Positions 19,038 through 29,387 of a stretch of 64,000 nt of DNA are shown here, one piece after another (position 1 is the first letter of the stretch; every line of letters begins with the position of its first letter). Made by a program: the position numbers and the translations under genes. The stretch lies in the sequence record NC_007023.1. One strand, written 5' to 3'. The DNA is from Escherichia phage RB43. The notes below the pieces were generated by a model. It was given only the letters and a program-made list of their open reading frames with translations, did not search any database and had not been told where the DNA came from.

Positions 19038-19365
19038 TGTTCCAACTATACAATAATGTTGATTCGTTTGGATAGAATTCCCACCCGTCTACATATCCTG
19101 TTTCCCAGTCAGTAGTTTGGTCAAAACCACAGATCCATTCATACACACCAGGCGGCATGTCAACGGAATCAGGAAGCCCGATATCTTCCGCACTGCGTCC
19201 ACATTCAAAGAATGAATCATGTATGTTTGGTCGAGATAATACCGTAACGTAACCTTCGTCGTCAATAGCCACAATCCATTTCGAACTATGAGGACTATCG
19301 AAAACTGGTTCTTCTGCATCAGGGATTGCTTGCATTTCCGCGTTTCCCCAGTCAAAATTGTTCAT
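18973..19365 (-). CDS. acidic hypothetical protein (130 aa)
   Basis: ORF track; overlaps MTase start by 64 nt so one boundary is uncertain. Confidence 0.4.
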   Translation of the reverse strand: MNNFDWGNAEMQAIPDAEEPVFDSPHSSKWIVAIDDEGYVTVLSRPNIHDSFFECGRSAEDIGLPDSVDMPPGVYEWICGFDQTTDWETGYVDGWEFYPNESTLLYSWNNGEVNKSGNEETQSDNGSGGV

Positions 19366-19592
19366 TTCACTAAACCCTCTTTCAAACCTTCTTTGATTGC
19401 TTTAAGAACACCAATGAACGCATCTTTACCGCCCATAGCACCGATGATAAGCATAAGCCCCATTACAAACCCTGCTGCTGCGATCCTGAAAAGGTTCCAT
19501 GCAAACGGGATAGCCATTAAAACCAACCACGGGAACGGGAATCCCATCAGCGCGTTCAGAACAAGTAAGATAAAAGCGATTGCAAGTTTCAT
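19362..19592 (-). CDS. small membrane protein (76 aa)
   Basis: ATG after AAGGAGGA; two TM helices. Confidence 0.5.
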   Translation of the reverse strand: MKLAIAFILLVLNALMGFPFPWLVLMAIPFAWNLFRIAAAGFVMGLMLIIGAMGGKDAFIGVLKAIKEGLKEGLVK

Positions 19593-19656
19593 GATGTCCT
19601 CCTTTTGTTTAATATAAGGTATCACTTTTCACATGTGATTGCAATACCTACAGATA

Positions 19657-19680
19657 CAAAAAAGCCCCGAAAGGGGCTTT
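19657..19680 (-). terminator. rho-independent terminator
   Basis: AAAGCCCCTTTCGGGGCTTTTTT on minus strand. Confidence 0.6.
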
Positions 19681-19684
19681 AATT

Positions 19685-19942
19685 TTATGCTTTGTTGATA
19701 AGATACCGAAGAACGTTTTTCGCCTGAACTTCGTTACAGCACAGTTTGAAATCTGGGTCGATTGGGAGGAAGCTCCAAAGAAACTCAACGCTACCTTCGA
19801 CATCAGCTTTAGCGCTTTTCAGCATTTCAACCAGTAAACCTCTGTTTACTACGCTGTTGACTACTGCATCGAAATAACCGCTGCTGAAATCCAGGTTAGG
19901 ATTCATCACTTCATCGTATGGGTTGTTCAGTAATGCGTTCAT
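19685..19942 (-). CDS. hypothetical protein (85 aa)
   Basis: AAAGGAGA SD. Confidence 0.45.
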   Translation of the reverse strand: MNALLNNPYDEVMNPNLDFSSGYFDAVVNSVVNRGLLVEMLKSAKADVEGSVEFLWSFLPIDPDFKLCCNEVQAKNVLRYLINKA

Positions 19943-20225
19943 GGGTATCTCCTTTTAATCTATCGTTGTCTACGGGAGACATATTATCATACTGACTACC
20001 CGTGTCAACAACTTTTAGATATCGGGAATTTTTTGCGATCCATCGCGTTAAAGCAGGGAAGATACCCGCAACAGCAATCAGCACGAACACCCATGCTGCG
20101 AATTTAATCACCGCCAGCAGAATGAGCGGAGAGAATACCAACCACCAGGACGCGGTAGCCATAAGCCCAACTTGAGCGAGTTTCAAAGCAAGCAGGATCA
20201 GGAAGATGATAGTTAAAGTTTTCAT
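19911..20225 (-). CDS. membrane protein (104 aa)
   Basis: Two TM helices; AAAGGT SD. Confidence 0.45.
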   Translation of the reverse strand: MKTLTIIFLILLALKLAQVGLMATASWWLVFSPLILLAVIKFAAWVFVLIAVAGIFPALTRWIAKNSRYLKVVDTGSQYDNMSPVDNDRLKGDTHERITEQPIR

Positions 20226-20254
20226 AGTTTACCTTTAAGGGGGCTTTCGCCCCG

Positions 20255-21691
20255 TTAGAATTCAATGTTCATAGATTTTGCGGCTTCGGCTAACTTACTT
20301 CTGTTACCCTCTGCCTGTTTTACCATAGCGCCTTGTGCTTCTTCAACTGTTTTCGGCATCTGACGACCTTTATAATCAGATTTAAAGCCGATATCGCTGT
20401 TATCTGTATCCATCCAGCGCTGATTTCCTTTGCGAACTTCAAGTTTGAAATGGTTGAAATGATTCTTATCACCATAACGAGACTTGATTTGCTTAAACAT
20501 TTGCAAGCCCTGTTCGGCTAGTTCATCCGTTTCAATCACCGCTAACATGAAGTCGGCAGTAGCTGGCAAGCCAGCAGATTCCGCAACATCACCCATGCTA
20601 ATATCAGAAGCATCCCACGCGTTACGAGTGGTTTGCGCACCTGTCCACATCACAGCATTAGTTTCTACAGCTAAACCACGAAGTTCTTCGGCAATCGCTT
20701 TAACTAAAATGTAAGTGTTTTCAGCACCACGCACACGGGTTGATGCACAGATCCCCAGGTAATCGACAATAATAACATCGGGAACAAAGTTCTTCTTCAA
20801 TTTAAGCTCTTTAATAAGCGCTTTGAAGTGGTTCGCGTTTGCCCCTGCTGTTGGGTATTGCTTGACGATTAAACGCCCGACCTTGCTTTGTTTAAGGCGT
20901 TCCATGCGGTTTTTATAATCCGCGTACTGTATATTACCGTTATCGATATCGTCCATCGACACATCAAGAAGGTTAGCATCGATACGTTTAGAACAAACGT
21001 GTTCAGCCATTTCCATACTGATATAGAGAACGTTTTTACCCGATTGCAGATAATCAGCAGCAAGAGAACAAAGCCCCAGCGATTTACCAACGTTAACACC
21101 AGCCATAAGGATGTTCAATGTTCCTCGTTCCGCACCGCCTTTTGTAATGGCGTTCAGGATCGGGATATTGAACGGGATTTTCATCGCCTTAGACTGATAA
21201 AGCATCCAGCGCTTTTCGTAGTCTTCGAAGTAATCATGACCGACCGAACTATCGAAGCTAATCGCCAACGCCTCAGCCATGATATCAGGGATAGCCCCAA
21301 CGTCAGGGATTTTATTGTTGCGTTCACCAGCAGGTTTTTCAGCGTTTGCCTGGATCTCGATTGCGCGTGACAAAGCGCGGTACATCGCTTTATCTTTGCA
21401 GTACGTTTCTGTTTCCTTCATCAACCAATCCAAATCTTCCGGCGCATTCTTCATGCTGCGGATCATCTTCTTGGTGTCTTCGTATACTACATCACTCAGG
21501 CTCTTTTTCTCAAGCGCAACTTCCAACGCAGTTTGTGAAGGAATGCTGTTGAATTCCTGAACGTGCTTATCCATTAAATCATAAAGGACTTGCGCGTTAC
21601 CTTCGAAGTAGTCGCGTTTTAAATGGGGCCATGCCTGAACAAAATACGTTCCGTTAAAAACCAGATTTGAAAATATTGTTTCGACGATCAT
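20255..21691 (-). CDS. 41: replicative DNA helicase gp41 (DnaB-like)
   Basis: Walker A GVNVGKS and long colinear similarity to T4 gp41. Confidence 0.9.
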   Translation of the reverse strand: MIVETIFSNLVFNGTYFVQAWPHLKRDYFEGNAQVLYDLMDKHVQEFNSIPSQTALEVALEKKSLSDVVYEDTKKMIRSMKNAPEDLDWLMKETETYCKDKAMYRALSRAIEIQANAEKPAGERNNKIPDVGAIPDIMAEALAISFDSSVGHDYFEDYEKRWMLYQSKAMKIPFNIPILNAITKGGAERGTLNILMAGVNVGKSLGLCSLAADYLQSGKNVLYISMEMAEHVCSKRIDANLLDVSMDDIDNGNIQYADYKNRMERLKQSKVGRLIVKQYPTAGANANHFKALIKELKLKKNFVPDVIIVDYLGICASTRVRGAENTYILVKAIAEELRGLAVETNAVMWTGAQTTRNAWDASDISMGDVAESAGLPATADFMLAVIETDELAEQGLQMFKQIKSRYGDKNHFNHFKLEVRKGNQRWMDTDNSDIGFKSDYKGRQMPKTVEEAQGAMVKQAEGNRSKLAEAAKSMNIEF

Positions 21692-21700
21692 TATTACCTC

Positions 21701-22006
21701 TTAAACCAGATTGGCGAACATTTGAAAGAAATTGTACAGCTTTACTTTCAACGCCGCCCATAAGGTCTTTTCAGGCTTTGGGAGATTTGGCTTTATTTGT
21801 GCATAGATTGCGTCGTGAACCAACGGGATCAATGCTTCTTTATCGTCGTCAGGTGTACTGAATTCAACTTTCAGACCGTTGTCCCAATAAACCTTATGGA
21901 TGTACACCAAATGAGGAACATCGTGTTCATCGTTGATCAGCAATTCCTGAATAACATCTTGCATTGCTTCATCAAGAATCTTTTTTGTTTTCTGTTCAAT
22001 TTCCAT
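21701..22006 (-). CDS. hypothetical protein (101 aa; occupies gp40 position)
   Basis: Position between uvsX and 41. Confidence 0.4.
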   Translation of the reverse strand: MEIEQKTKKILDEAMQDVIQELLINDEHDVPHLVYIHKVYWDNGLKVEFSTPDDDKEALIPLVHDAIYAQIKPNLPKPEKTLWAALKVKLYNFFQMFANLV

Positions 22007-22043
22007 AATTCACCTTTTGGAAGGGGGCTTATGCCCCCTAATA

Positions 22044-23204
22044 TTACATGATCGGTTCTTCGTCTTGATCGATTCCGATATCATCAGGGATATCGTCATC
22101 TAAATCAATTTTATTTGATTCAGGTTCATCAGTCGAATAAAGATCTTCAAGTGCTGCACCGTCCGTGATTTCCTTATCTGGAATACGGTACTTATCCTGA
22201 ATTGCATCGAGGAAAGGTTGATGTGTAAACAGAGGTCGCCAGAACTCGATAGAGTTGGTTTCTGATTCACGCCATTTCTTTTCTTCAAGTTCCAGTTCAC
22301 CCGTTTCAGTGTTCAGGAACGCACGACCGCGCCAACCTTTTGTTGGAGTCTGAACAAAGTTCATTTCCATCGCAAGATCCAGAAGACCAGAATACATACT
22401 GATACCGCCCTCATAGGTAACATGCAGCGGGAATTTTGATTTTTCTTTCACGAAACGAGATTTCTCGATATTCATGATGAAGTCATACCCGACCACTTCG
22501 GTTCCCTCTTTCACCTGCTGTTTACCCAGAATGATCGCGGTGTCTGCTGAATACATCAGACCAGTACCACCAGAAATGACCTTCTTACTGTACATTTCCT
22601 GTGTATCGTAGGTGTGACAGATACAGACCATCGGAATATCCAGATCAGCCAGGTAAGGCGTTACCATACGGAACATACCTTTAAGGGCTTTAGCTCGCGT
22701 CATATCCTGCTTATCGTTGTCTGAAAGCGCATCAGCCAGTTCTTTTTTACTTGCTGTGTTGCCTACTGAGTCAACGAAGATAATTACCTTATCGCCGCGT
22801 TCAAGAGCGTCAAGCTGGCTTACGACATCGTTTCGCAGTTGTTCAACAGTAGTGATACGAGTATACACCACACGGTCAGGATCAACGCCCATTGATTTCA
22901 GGTAAGACTTCGTTACGCCTTTTTCTGAATCGTAGAACAAACAGACCGCATCCTCATTAGCTTTGAGGTACGCAGAAACCGTCACCAAACCCAGATTCGA
23001 TTTAAAGTGTTTTGACGGGCCAGCAAACAGAGTCAAGCCGGAAGTCAGACCACCATCGAACGCACCAGAAAGTGCGAGGTTGAGGATCGGTACACGAGTA
23101 CGAGTTTTGGTAATGTTATTGAAAACATCGCTTTCAGATAAAATTGCAGCAGATTGGCTATTCGAGTTTTTAATCAGTTTTTTCAGTAGTGCTTTATTTG
23201 ACAT
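22044..23204 (-). CDS. uvsX: UvsX recombinase (RecA-like)
   Basis: LFAGPSKHFKSN Walker A region; colinear with T4 UvsX. Confidence 0.9.
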   Translation of the reverse strand: MSNKALLKKLIKNSNSQSAAILSESDVFNNITKTRTRVPILNLALSGAFDGGLTSGLTLFAGPSKHFKSNLGLVTVSAYLKANEDAVCLFYDSEKGVTKSYLKSMGVDPDRVVYTRITTVEQLRNDVVSQLDALERGDKVIIFVDSVGNTASKKELADALSDNDKQDMTRAKALKGMFRMVTPYLADLDIPMVCICHTYDTQEMYSKKVISGGTGLMYSADTAIILGKQQVKEGTEVVGYDFIMNIEKSRFVKEKSKFPLHVTYEGGISMYSGLLDLAMEMNFVQTPTKGWRGRAFLNTETGELELEEKKWRESETNSIEFWRPLFTHQPFLDAIQDKYRIPDKEITDGAALEDLYSTDEPESNKIDLDDDIPDDIGIDQDEEPIM

Positions 23205-23283
23205 TTATTTTTCCGGTTTATATACACGCATAATATAATCCTCACAAGTTTATATAAAAGGGGCATTTCTGCCCCATCAGGTC

Positions 23284-25989
23284 TTACCAGTCATCACCAA
23301 ACAATGTGTTCAGGGATGCGCGTTTTTCGTAGTCAATTTTACATGCTTCCGTGATGTTTTTCAACGGACTAATCACATGTTTTTCAAATAATCCGTTGTA
23401 GTCTACCCATTTGAGAATATCACTTTCAATCTCATTTGGTAAACGACTACCGGATTGCCATGCAATGCAATCAGATTGCCACGGATTTTTATCACGTAAA
23501 GGCAGAACCATAACCTTTTCACCTTCCATAATCTGCGTGATTCCTTGAATCCCGCGAGTAAGACGGTTGAAGAACAGAACACCTTTGATGTGGTTCGGAG
23601 TTCCTTTAATTGGATGCCCCGTACCATCATTGTATTTCGTGATATTATTAGCAGATGATACACCAGCAATCTCTCGATAGTCAAGCGCCTTATACTCTTC
23701 TTCAAACACTTTGAAAGATTCGTGTAATGACTCTTCACCTTCTTGCAGAATGCGACGGATCGCTTCCTTTAAGAATACTTTAACTGCTGTTGGTGTACTG
23801 CTTCGCTGGGTTTCCATTCCCATGATTTTCAGCTTAGGCTTTTCATAGCGGGTTCCTTCGGAGTCCCACACGTTAGCCGCATAGCGTTTTTTCGCAGTCC
23901 AGAAACTACCCAATCCTTTCGATCCCAGAGGTGGCCCAGAAATGATTTCGCGATCCATAAACATCAAGTGTTCGACGTTGTTCATGTACTCGCATAGTTC
24001 GCGATAGCCCTTATCAATGATAGGTTCCATGCGCTCACGACTGAACTTATCCAGGAAATCAACCCAATGGTTGTTATCTCTGAACTTACTTTCACCACCA
24101 ACTTTCTCGATCACGTTATCCATACACACGTAAATTGAATCCGTGTCACAGTAACGCACGTATGCGTAATCGGTAGTGTTGCACAACTGGTTCAGGTATT
24201 CGTTAACTTTACGCTCAATCCACTGAATAGCCAACTGCCCGAACATGGTGATCGCGCTGGCGTTTCGGATATCAAAGTATCTGAAATGCTCGTTACCCAA
24301 CGCACCATAAAGGGAGTTGATACTGATTTTACGGTTAAGCTGTGCGGTGTTGGCCTGTGCGATCTTCTTCTCACAAACTTTCTTCACTGCTTTGAGCATT
24401 TGCTTAGTTAACGTTTTCAGTACCGCTTTCGATTCATCACTGAAATCAGAATAGAAATCGAAATCAGGATCGATCATTTGGTTGTGCGCGTCTGTCAGGT
24501 GTTCGAGTTCATGCTTGATTAATTCAAGATTTCGCTCACCTGCCATCATTCGTTTTTTCCACATCTTACGCTGATCAAATACTTTCTTGATCTCGACGGG
24601 GATCACGCCTTTAATGTCACGCCTGAACATCCACCCGTTAGGAGAGCAGCTAAATTCATCGCTAGGACGTGGAGCGGTCTTATTGATATATTCATCCAAA
24701 GGACGCACCGCGAAGCTGTTAGCGATTGTCTCAGGGCTTATATTCACCTGTCTGATGATAGACGGATACAGGCTGGTTAAGTCGAACGATACAATGTATT
24801 TGTATGGAGCGACAACCGGATCTTTAACATATGCGCCGTCATACGGGGTTTTCGTATGTCGTTTGTTTTCTGGTATCGCAATCTTATCTTCACGCAACGA
24901 GTTGTATATAATAGCGTCCCACGTTTTCAACGGAGACATAACCCCAGGGAAGTTAATTTTTGCGTAGTACGCAACAGACAGAACCAGTTCAATAAAGTTA
25001 CGCTTACCGTCGATATCAAGTACGCGAATAACATCAACGATGTTGTACGTGATGTACGTCTGGTGATCCTTCTGACGCAGTTCAGACAGAGAACCTTCGT
25101 AATCAACTTTGTTTTTGCCTGTTTCGTACTCAGCGATCGCGCCCAGAGAGTAAGACGGTTGCGGGGTGAAACTGAACTTTTTATAAAGATCCATCCCATC
25201 CATTTGAGACACGCCATAAATTTCGTATCCCAACTGTTCGTTTCCGTACTGGTCTGTTGTCGTCTTCGCTGTTACCTTACCGAACGGGCTAAAATGACGA
25301 ACCACGTTTTGCCCGAAAATGTTCAGGTAACGTGTGATGATGTAAGCGATATCGAATTTGTTCGAGTTCCAACCAGTAACAATTACTGGGGTTCTTTCTT
25401 TCCAATCCTTGATGTATGCAGACATCAAAGATTTTTCAGTCTGGAATGCACGATAAACGATTTTCTTCAAATCCTCTTCGCTGATTTCCTTTTCAGTATC
25501 AACTTTAGAGGCTACCCATTCATCTAAACCACCTTCAACTAGGTCATACACAAAGAACTTATCTTCAACACTATCATAGTGTGTGATTGCGTCGATTGCG
25601 TATTTTGCTTCGCGTGGATCGGGGAACTCAGGCGCTGTAACTTCGATATCGAGCGAGGCAATGCGAATACGTTCGCGGTTATATTCGATCTCATTTCGAT
25701 AGGTGTCGGAAATGTACGCCAACCTGAAATCGTCCATACCCAGCGCTTCCATACCAACATCTTTCATGCGCTGCATCCAGTTTTTAGCATCCTTGATGCA
25801 ATCAAACTTTTTCTTTATGCAGGTTTTGCCATAGATATCTTTATACGGCGAGTCAGTACCCGCCATAGCGTGTTGAAACAACGTAGGTTCATACTTTGTT
25901 TTACGAACTTGTTCGCGTCCGTCTGCGTCGATGAAGCGCTCATAGATATGATCGCCCATTTGTTCGACTGATAGATAAAATTCATTCAT
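23284..25989 (-). CDS. 43: DNA polymerase gp43 (family B)
   Basis: 901 aa; exo motifs and polymerase motifs (SLYPSII, YCDTDS) colinear with T4 gp43. Confidence 0.95.
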   Translation of the reverse strand: MNEFYLSVEQMGDHIYERFIDADGREQVRKTKYEPTLFQHAMAGTDSPYKDIYGKTCIKKKFDCIKDAKNWMQRMKDVGMEALGMDDFRLAYISDTYRNEIEYNRERIRIASLDIEVTAPEFPDPREAKYAIDAITHYDSVEDKFFVYDLVEGGLDEWVASKVDTEKEISEEDLKKIVYRAFQTEKSLMSAYIKDWKERTPVIVTGWNSNKFDIAYIITRYLNIFGQNVVRHFSPFGKVTAKTTTDQYGNEQLGYEIYGVSQMDGMDLYKKFSFTPQPSYSLGAIAEYETGKNKVDYEGSLSELRQKDHQTYITYNIVDVIRVLDIDGKRNFIELVLSVAYYAKINFPGVMSPLKTWDAIIYNSLREDKIAIPENKRHTKTPYDGAYVKDPVVAPYKYIVSFDLTSLYPSIIRQVNISPETIANSFAVRPLDEYINKTAPRPSDEFSCSPNGWMFRRDIKGVIPVEIKKVFDQRKMWKKRMMAGERNLELIKHELEHLTDAHNQMIDPDFDFYSDFSDESKAVLKTLTKQMLKAVKKVCEKKIAQANTAQLNRKISINSLYGALGNEHFRYFDIRNASAITMFGQLAIQWIERKVNEYLNQLCNTTDYAYVRYCDTDSIYVCMDNVIEKVGGESKFRDNNHWVDFLDKFSRERMEPIIDKGYRELCEYMNNVEHLMFMDREIISGPPLGSKGLGSFWTAKKRYAANVWDSEGTRYEKPKLKIMGMETQRSSTPTAVKVFLKEAIRRILQEGEESLHESFKVFEEEYKALDYREIAGVSSANNITKYNDGTGHPIKGTPNHIKGVLFFNRLTRGIQGITQIMEGEKVMVLPLRDKNPWQSDCIAWQSGSRLPNEIESDILKWVDYNGLFEKHVISPLKNITEACKIDYEKRASLNTLFGDDW

Positions 25990-26302
25990 TACGTTTTTCT
26001 TTCTCCGCGTTTAATCGTATCAGAAATGATACACCAGCCAGCTTGATCAGATCAAGTGAACGCTGTGCAGAATCACGAAGGGGTTTATGTTCTTCAATCG
26101 AACTCAACTGATTTACCAGCAGTGTATATTCATTCATGATACGTTTATAGAAATTGGGGAAGTAGTCCTGTGCGTAATTATAGGTACGCAGATCAGAGAG
26201 ATTGCAAGTCAGAGACAGATCGATTTCGTCGCGGTGCAGACGGATAATCAAATGGTCGTCTGTTTTGAGAGATTTAAGAATTTCTTCAATACTAATTTTC
26301 AT
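25982..26302 (-). CDS. hypothetical protein (106 aa)
   Basis: ORF between regA and 43. Confidence 0.45.
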   Translation of the reverse strand: MKISIEEILKSLKTDDHLIIRLHRDEIDLSLTCNLSDLRTYNYAQDYFPNFYKRIMNEYTLLVNQLSSIEEHKPLRDSAQRSLDLIKLAGVSFLIRLNAEKEKRNE

Positions 26303-26330
26303 AATTTAGTCCTCATAATTGGTGTACAAC

Positions 26331-26369
26331 CAATATAACAAAGCCCTTGCAGAAATGCAAGGGCTTTTT
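26331..26369 (-). terminator. terminator hairpin (same family) with embedded -35 TTGCAT and downstream TATATT
   Basis: Minus strand AAAAAGCCCTTGCATTTCTGCAAGGGCTTTGTTATATTG. Confidence 0.55.
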
Positions 26370-26371
26370 GA

Positions 26372-26740
26372 TTAATGTCCGATCCGGTACTTGTATTTCA
26401 AAGTCCATTCGGCTTTTTGTGCGTGGGTCAGTACGCGGAAGTTGTTTTCTTCGGAGAATTTCAGATCAGGTGTAAGGATCTTAATCATCCCCCACTCTTC
26501 CAGAAGTCTCGCAATGTTGTTGCGGCGCAATTCGTCGTCTTCGGTCATATCAACCTGGCGACCATCCAGTTTCAACAGTTCTTTGAAGTGCGTAATGAAA
26601 TAGCGCCCTTGCTTCTGTAGAATATGGCACGATTGCCACAACATTTTCTTTTTGTTATTTGCGATCCCGATACGGGTCAGCGTTTCGCGAATTTTTAAAA
26701 AACTGTCGTCGCTGGACAGCTTGATTTCGAGCATGTTCAT
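26372..26740 (-). CDS. regA: translational repressor RegA
   Basis: 122 aa; ETLTRIGIANNK..LWQSCHILQK..DGRQV colinear with T4 RegA. Confidence 0.85.
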   Translation of the reverse strand: MNMLEIKLSSDDSFLKIRETLTRIGIANNKKKMLWQSCHILQKQGRYFITHFKELLKLDGRQVDMTEDDELRRNNIARLLEEWGMIKILTPDLKFSEENNFRVLTHAQKAEWTLKYKYRIGH

Positions 26741-26743
26741 ATA

Positions 26744-27316
26744 TCACCATTTCTTTATTAATTGTTCAACCTTTTTCTGGTCAGTTTTATTTTTCACAAC
26801 AACAGCCAACACAGATAAAGCAACTTTCATATTTTTACGCTTCCACTCAGAAAGTTTATCCAACGATTTGAGTTCTTCGTAATACTCCATTGCTATACGT
26901 GTATTTACACCATACCGTTTTTGGAGAACATACAAGATAACTTTCATTTCGTTATCTTCGGTGAGTTTAGCCCACGCCCCGAATCGCTTACCTTTGCGCA
27001 CGGTATGCAAATAATAATTAAAGTGCGCCTGGTCAGGTAGACCGGAACCAATCATATTCATTGTGTATGCAGGGATCAGCGTGTCGATGTGCTGGCTCAT
27101 TGCATTGTCAATAAAATACTTGTCATAGGTATCGAGTCCGGCAATTACCAGAGGTTTCTTGCCGTCATTCAACTCTTCCAGGATCATGAACAAGGTGTTT
27201 TCCTTGTCCTTCCCGTAACCTTTTACAAGTTCTTCGATCTTGTCCCAATCTTTAGAACGCCAGGCCGCTTCATGTTCGTTCAATTCATCTTCATCGAGAA
27301 AAGCAGCCAGTGACAT
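26744..27316 (-). CDS. 62: clamp loader small subunit gp62
   Basis: Position and similarity (NEHEAAWRSKDW, MNMIGSGLPDQAHFNY). Confidence 0.8.
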   Translation of the reverse strand: MSLAAFLDEDELNEHEAAWRSKDWDKIEELVKGYGKDKENTLFMILEELNDGKKPLVIAGLDTYDKYFIDNAMSQHIDTLIPAYTMNMIGSGLPDQAHFNYYLHTVRKGKRFGAWAKLTEDNEMKVILYVLQKRYGVNTRIAMEYYEELKSLDKLSEWKRKNMKVALSVLAVVVKNKTDQKKVEQLIKKW

Positions 27317-27318
27317 AA

Positions 27319-28317
27319 TCAGCCCTCCCAGGCTAGGGTAAGCATTAAACCCATGAACAGGTATTGCAGGTGAATTTCTTTGTTAATCGCCAGCCCGTAC
27401 TGTGCGTTGTTTTCGCCTACTGCCTGAATCAAAGCAACTTTAGATTCGTTGGTAACAATCGGGTAAACCGCGTCCAGCAATTTAGCAAGGAACGTTTCAT
27501 ACTCAGGCGCATACTTAATCGCTTCGGATCGCAGCGCTTTGAAGTTTTTCGTTTTAAGCGCCTCAATCACTGGTGTGATGTCCGAACCTACGATCTCACT
27601 GAGAATACCAGCATCGATTTTACCGCGCTTAGAATAGAACCCAAGAGCTTTTACGATGGATCGTGCATCAGGGTAGTGTTTCTTAACGAACGCAGCGATA
27701 ACCTGTTGGTCATACTCGATTCCTTCGATTTCCAGAATACCAAAGCAACGTTTAATCATTTGCTTCATCAGATCAATACGTTCTTCTTTAGAAGGAGAAC
27801 CGAATTTAATCGGAGGACAGCGAGACAACAGCGCCGGATGAATACCGTTAATGTTGTTAGCACTAACAATAACCGTTACGTTTTTGCTGTATGCTTCGAT
27901 AAAGCTACGCATGTGCTTCTGTGCTTCTGCCATACCAGGTCGATCGAATTCGTCAATAAGGATGATTTTACCGCCTTTCTTCTGAGTCATTGAGGATGCA
28001 AAGCGATCCAAATCAGAACGGATAAAGTTGACACCACAATCGGAACCGTTAACAAACATCACTTCTGCATCAACTTCCGCACCCAGAACCAGCGCAAGTG
28101 TGGTTTTACCAGTACCAGGGGAATCAGAAACCAGTGTCATGTTGTCGATGCGACCAGACTTGATAAACCCACGCATAATTTCTTTATCAGCAGCAGGAAG
28201 AATACATTCATCAATCGTGGTCGGTCGGTAGCGTTGATCCCATGCGAATTCATCAGGAGATTGGGAAATTTTGCCGTATTTGGTTTCGATCAGTTGTACG
28301 TTTTCACTAAGTTCCAT
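27319..28317 (-). CDS. 44: clamp loader ATPase gp44 (AAA+)
   Basis: Walker A SPGTGKTT, DEFD Walker B, SRC motif. Confidence 0.9.
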   Translation of the reverse strand: MELSENVQLIETKYGKISQSPDEFAWDQRYRPTTIDECILPAADKEIMRGFIKSGRIDNMTLVSDSPGTGKTTLALVLGAEVDAEVMFVNGSDCGVNFIRSDLDRFASSMTQKKGGKIILIDEFDRPGMAEAQKHMRSFIEAYSKNVTVIVSANNINGIHPALLSRCPPIKFGSPSKEERIDLMKQMIKRCFGILEIEGIEYDQQVIAAFVKKHYPDARSIVKALGFYSKRGKIDAGILSEIVGSDITPVIEALKTKNFKALRSEAIKYAPEYETFLAKLLDAVYPIVTNESKVALIQAVGENNAQYGLAINKEIHLQYLFMGLMLTLAWEG

Positions 28318-28340
28318 AATATTACCTTCAATTTATTATC

Positions 28341-28359
28341 AAAAAGGGGCCGAAGCCCC
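28341..28359 (-). terminator. rho-independent terminator
   Basis: GGGGCTTCGGCCCC followed by TTTTT on minus strand. Confidence 0.6.
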
Positions 28360-28371
28360 ATTCATACTATC

Positions 28372-29035
28372 TTACTTGAACTGGCTGGTTGCTTCAAGTA
28401 CAACCACGTAGGCAACGCCATTTTCGGAAGAGAATTTTGCAGCGCCCTGTGCGGAGATCAACTTTGTAATCGCTGTTGATGAACTGCATGTTGTCAATTT
28501 TCATATCGAAATTGAAAACGTTGTCACCTTCATACTCACCAACTTCAACAGAGAATGTTGATTGGCTTTCTTTACTTTTCGCGGTGATTACCAGTTTGCC
28601 GTTGATTGGTTCAACAGACAGGTCGGTCAGTTTCATCATGCGTGATGCTTTGATCAGCTTTTCGAAATCGTTAGCGCTAATCTGGAAAATCAGATCCGCT
28701 ACAGGCATTTGCAGACGCTTTTTAGGTTTGACGATAGTCGTCGGATCACATGAACGCTCAACGATTTTCATTTTCTCTCCGCGAATAACGATTTCGCCAG
28801 TGGACAGATCGTGTTTTACGTCAGCATCAGTACCAACAACGTTCATCATGTTCAGGAATGAGTTCAGATCGTAGATACCTACATCTTCGTCGATTACATC
28901 GGGAATTTCGGCTTCCGCATAAACCACGCTGTTAATAGATTTCGTCATAATGAACGAACCTTTGGTCAGCATAATAGACGGGTTGATCTGGGAGAAGTTT
29001 TTCAGGATATCAATTGTTTGTTTTGAGAATTTCAT
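28372..29035 (-). CDS. 45: sliding clamp gp45, C-terminal frame broken at homopolymer 28445-28447
   Basis: N-term MKFSKQTIDILKNF as T4 gp45; listed ORF ends in non-homologous tail RCKILFRKWRCLRGCT, while +1 frame gives GAAKFSSENGVAYVVVLEATSQFK ending TAA 28374..28372. Confidence 0.8.
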
Positions 29036-29055
29036 ATTCAACCTATAGTATTCAA

Positions 29056-29340
29056 TTAGGCAAAAGTGCCGTTAATCAGAGTTGCTACTACATTATCAGC
29101 AGCGTTATCGAGTAATTTCTTGCTTTCGGATTCGTTGACTTTATTACCCGCTTCGCGAGCGTCCAGAACTAATCCACGGTGTACAGCTAAAACTGCTTCA
29201 TCGACACGTTTATAATGCTCGAAGCGTTCAGCTTGAGGCATAGCAGAAAACATCGCCTTTACTTGTCCAGGCACTTTACCTACCCATGCTTTACGAACAT
29301 TGTTCAGGTGTGCAACATATACATTTTGTTCTAAATTCAT
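29056..29340 (-). CDS. hypothetical protein (94 aa)
   Basis: ORF track. Confidence 0.45.
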   Translation of the reverse strand: MNLEQNVYVAHLNNVRKAWVGKVPGQVKAMFSAMPQAERFEHYKRVDEAVLAVHRGLVLDAREAGNKVNESESKKLLDNAADNVVATLINGTFA

Positions 29341-29387
29341 AATTACCTCAAACTTTCAGAATTGGGGGCTTTCGCCCCCGTTAAGCA

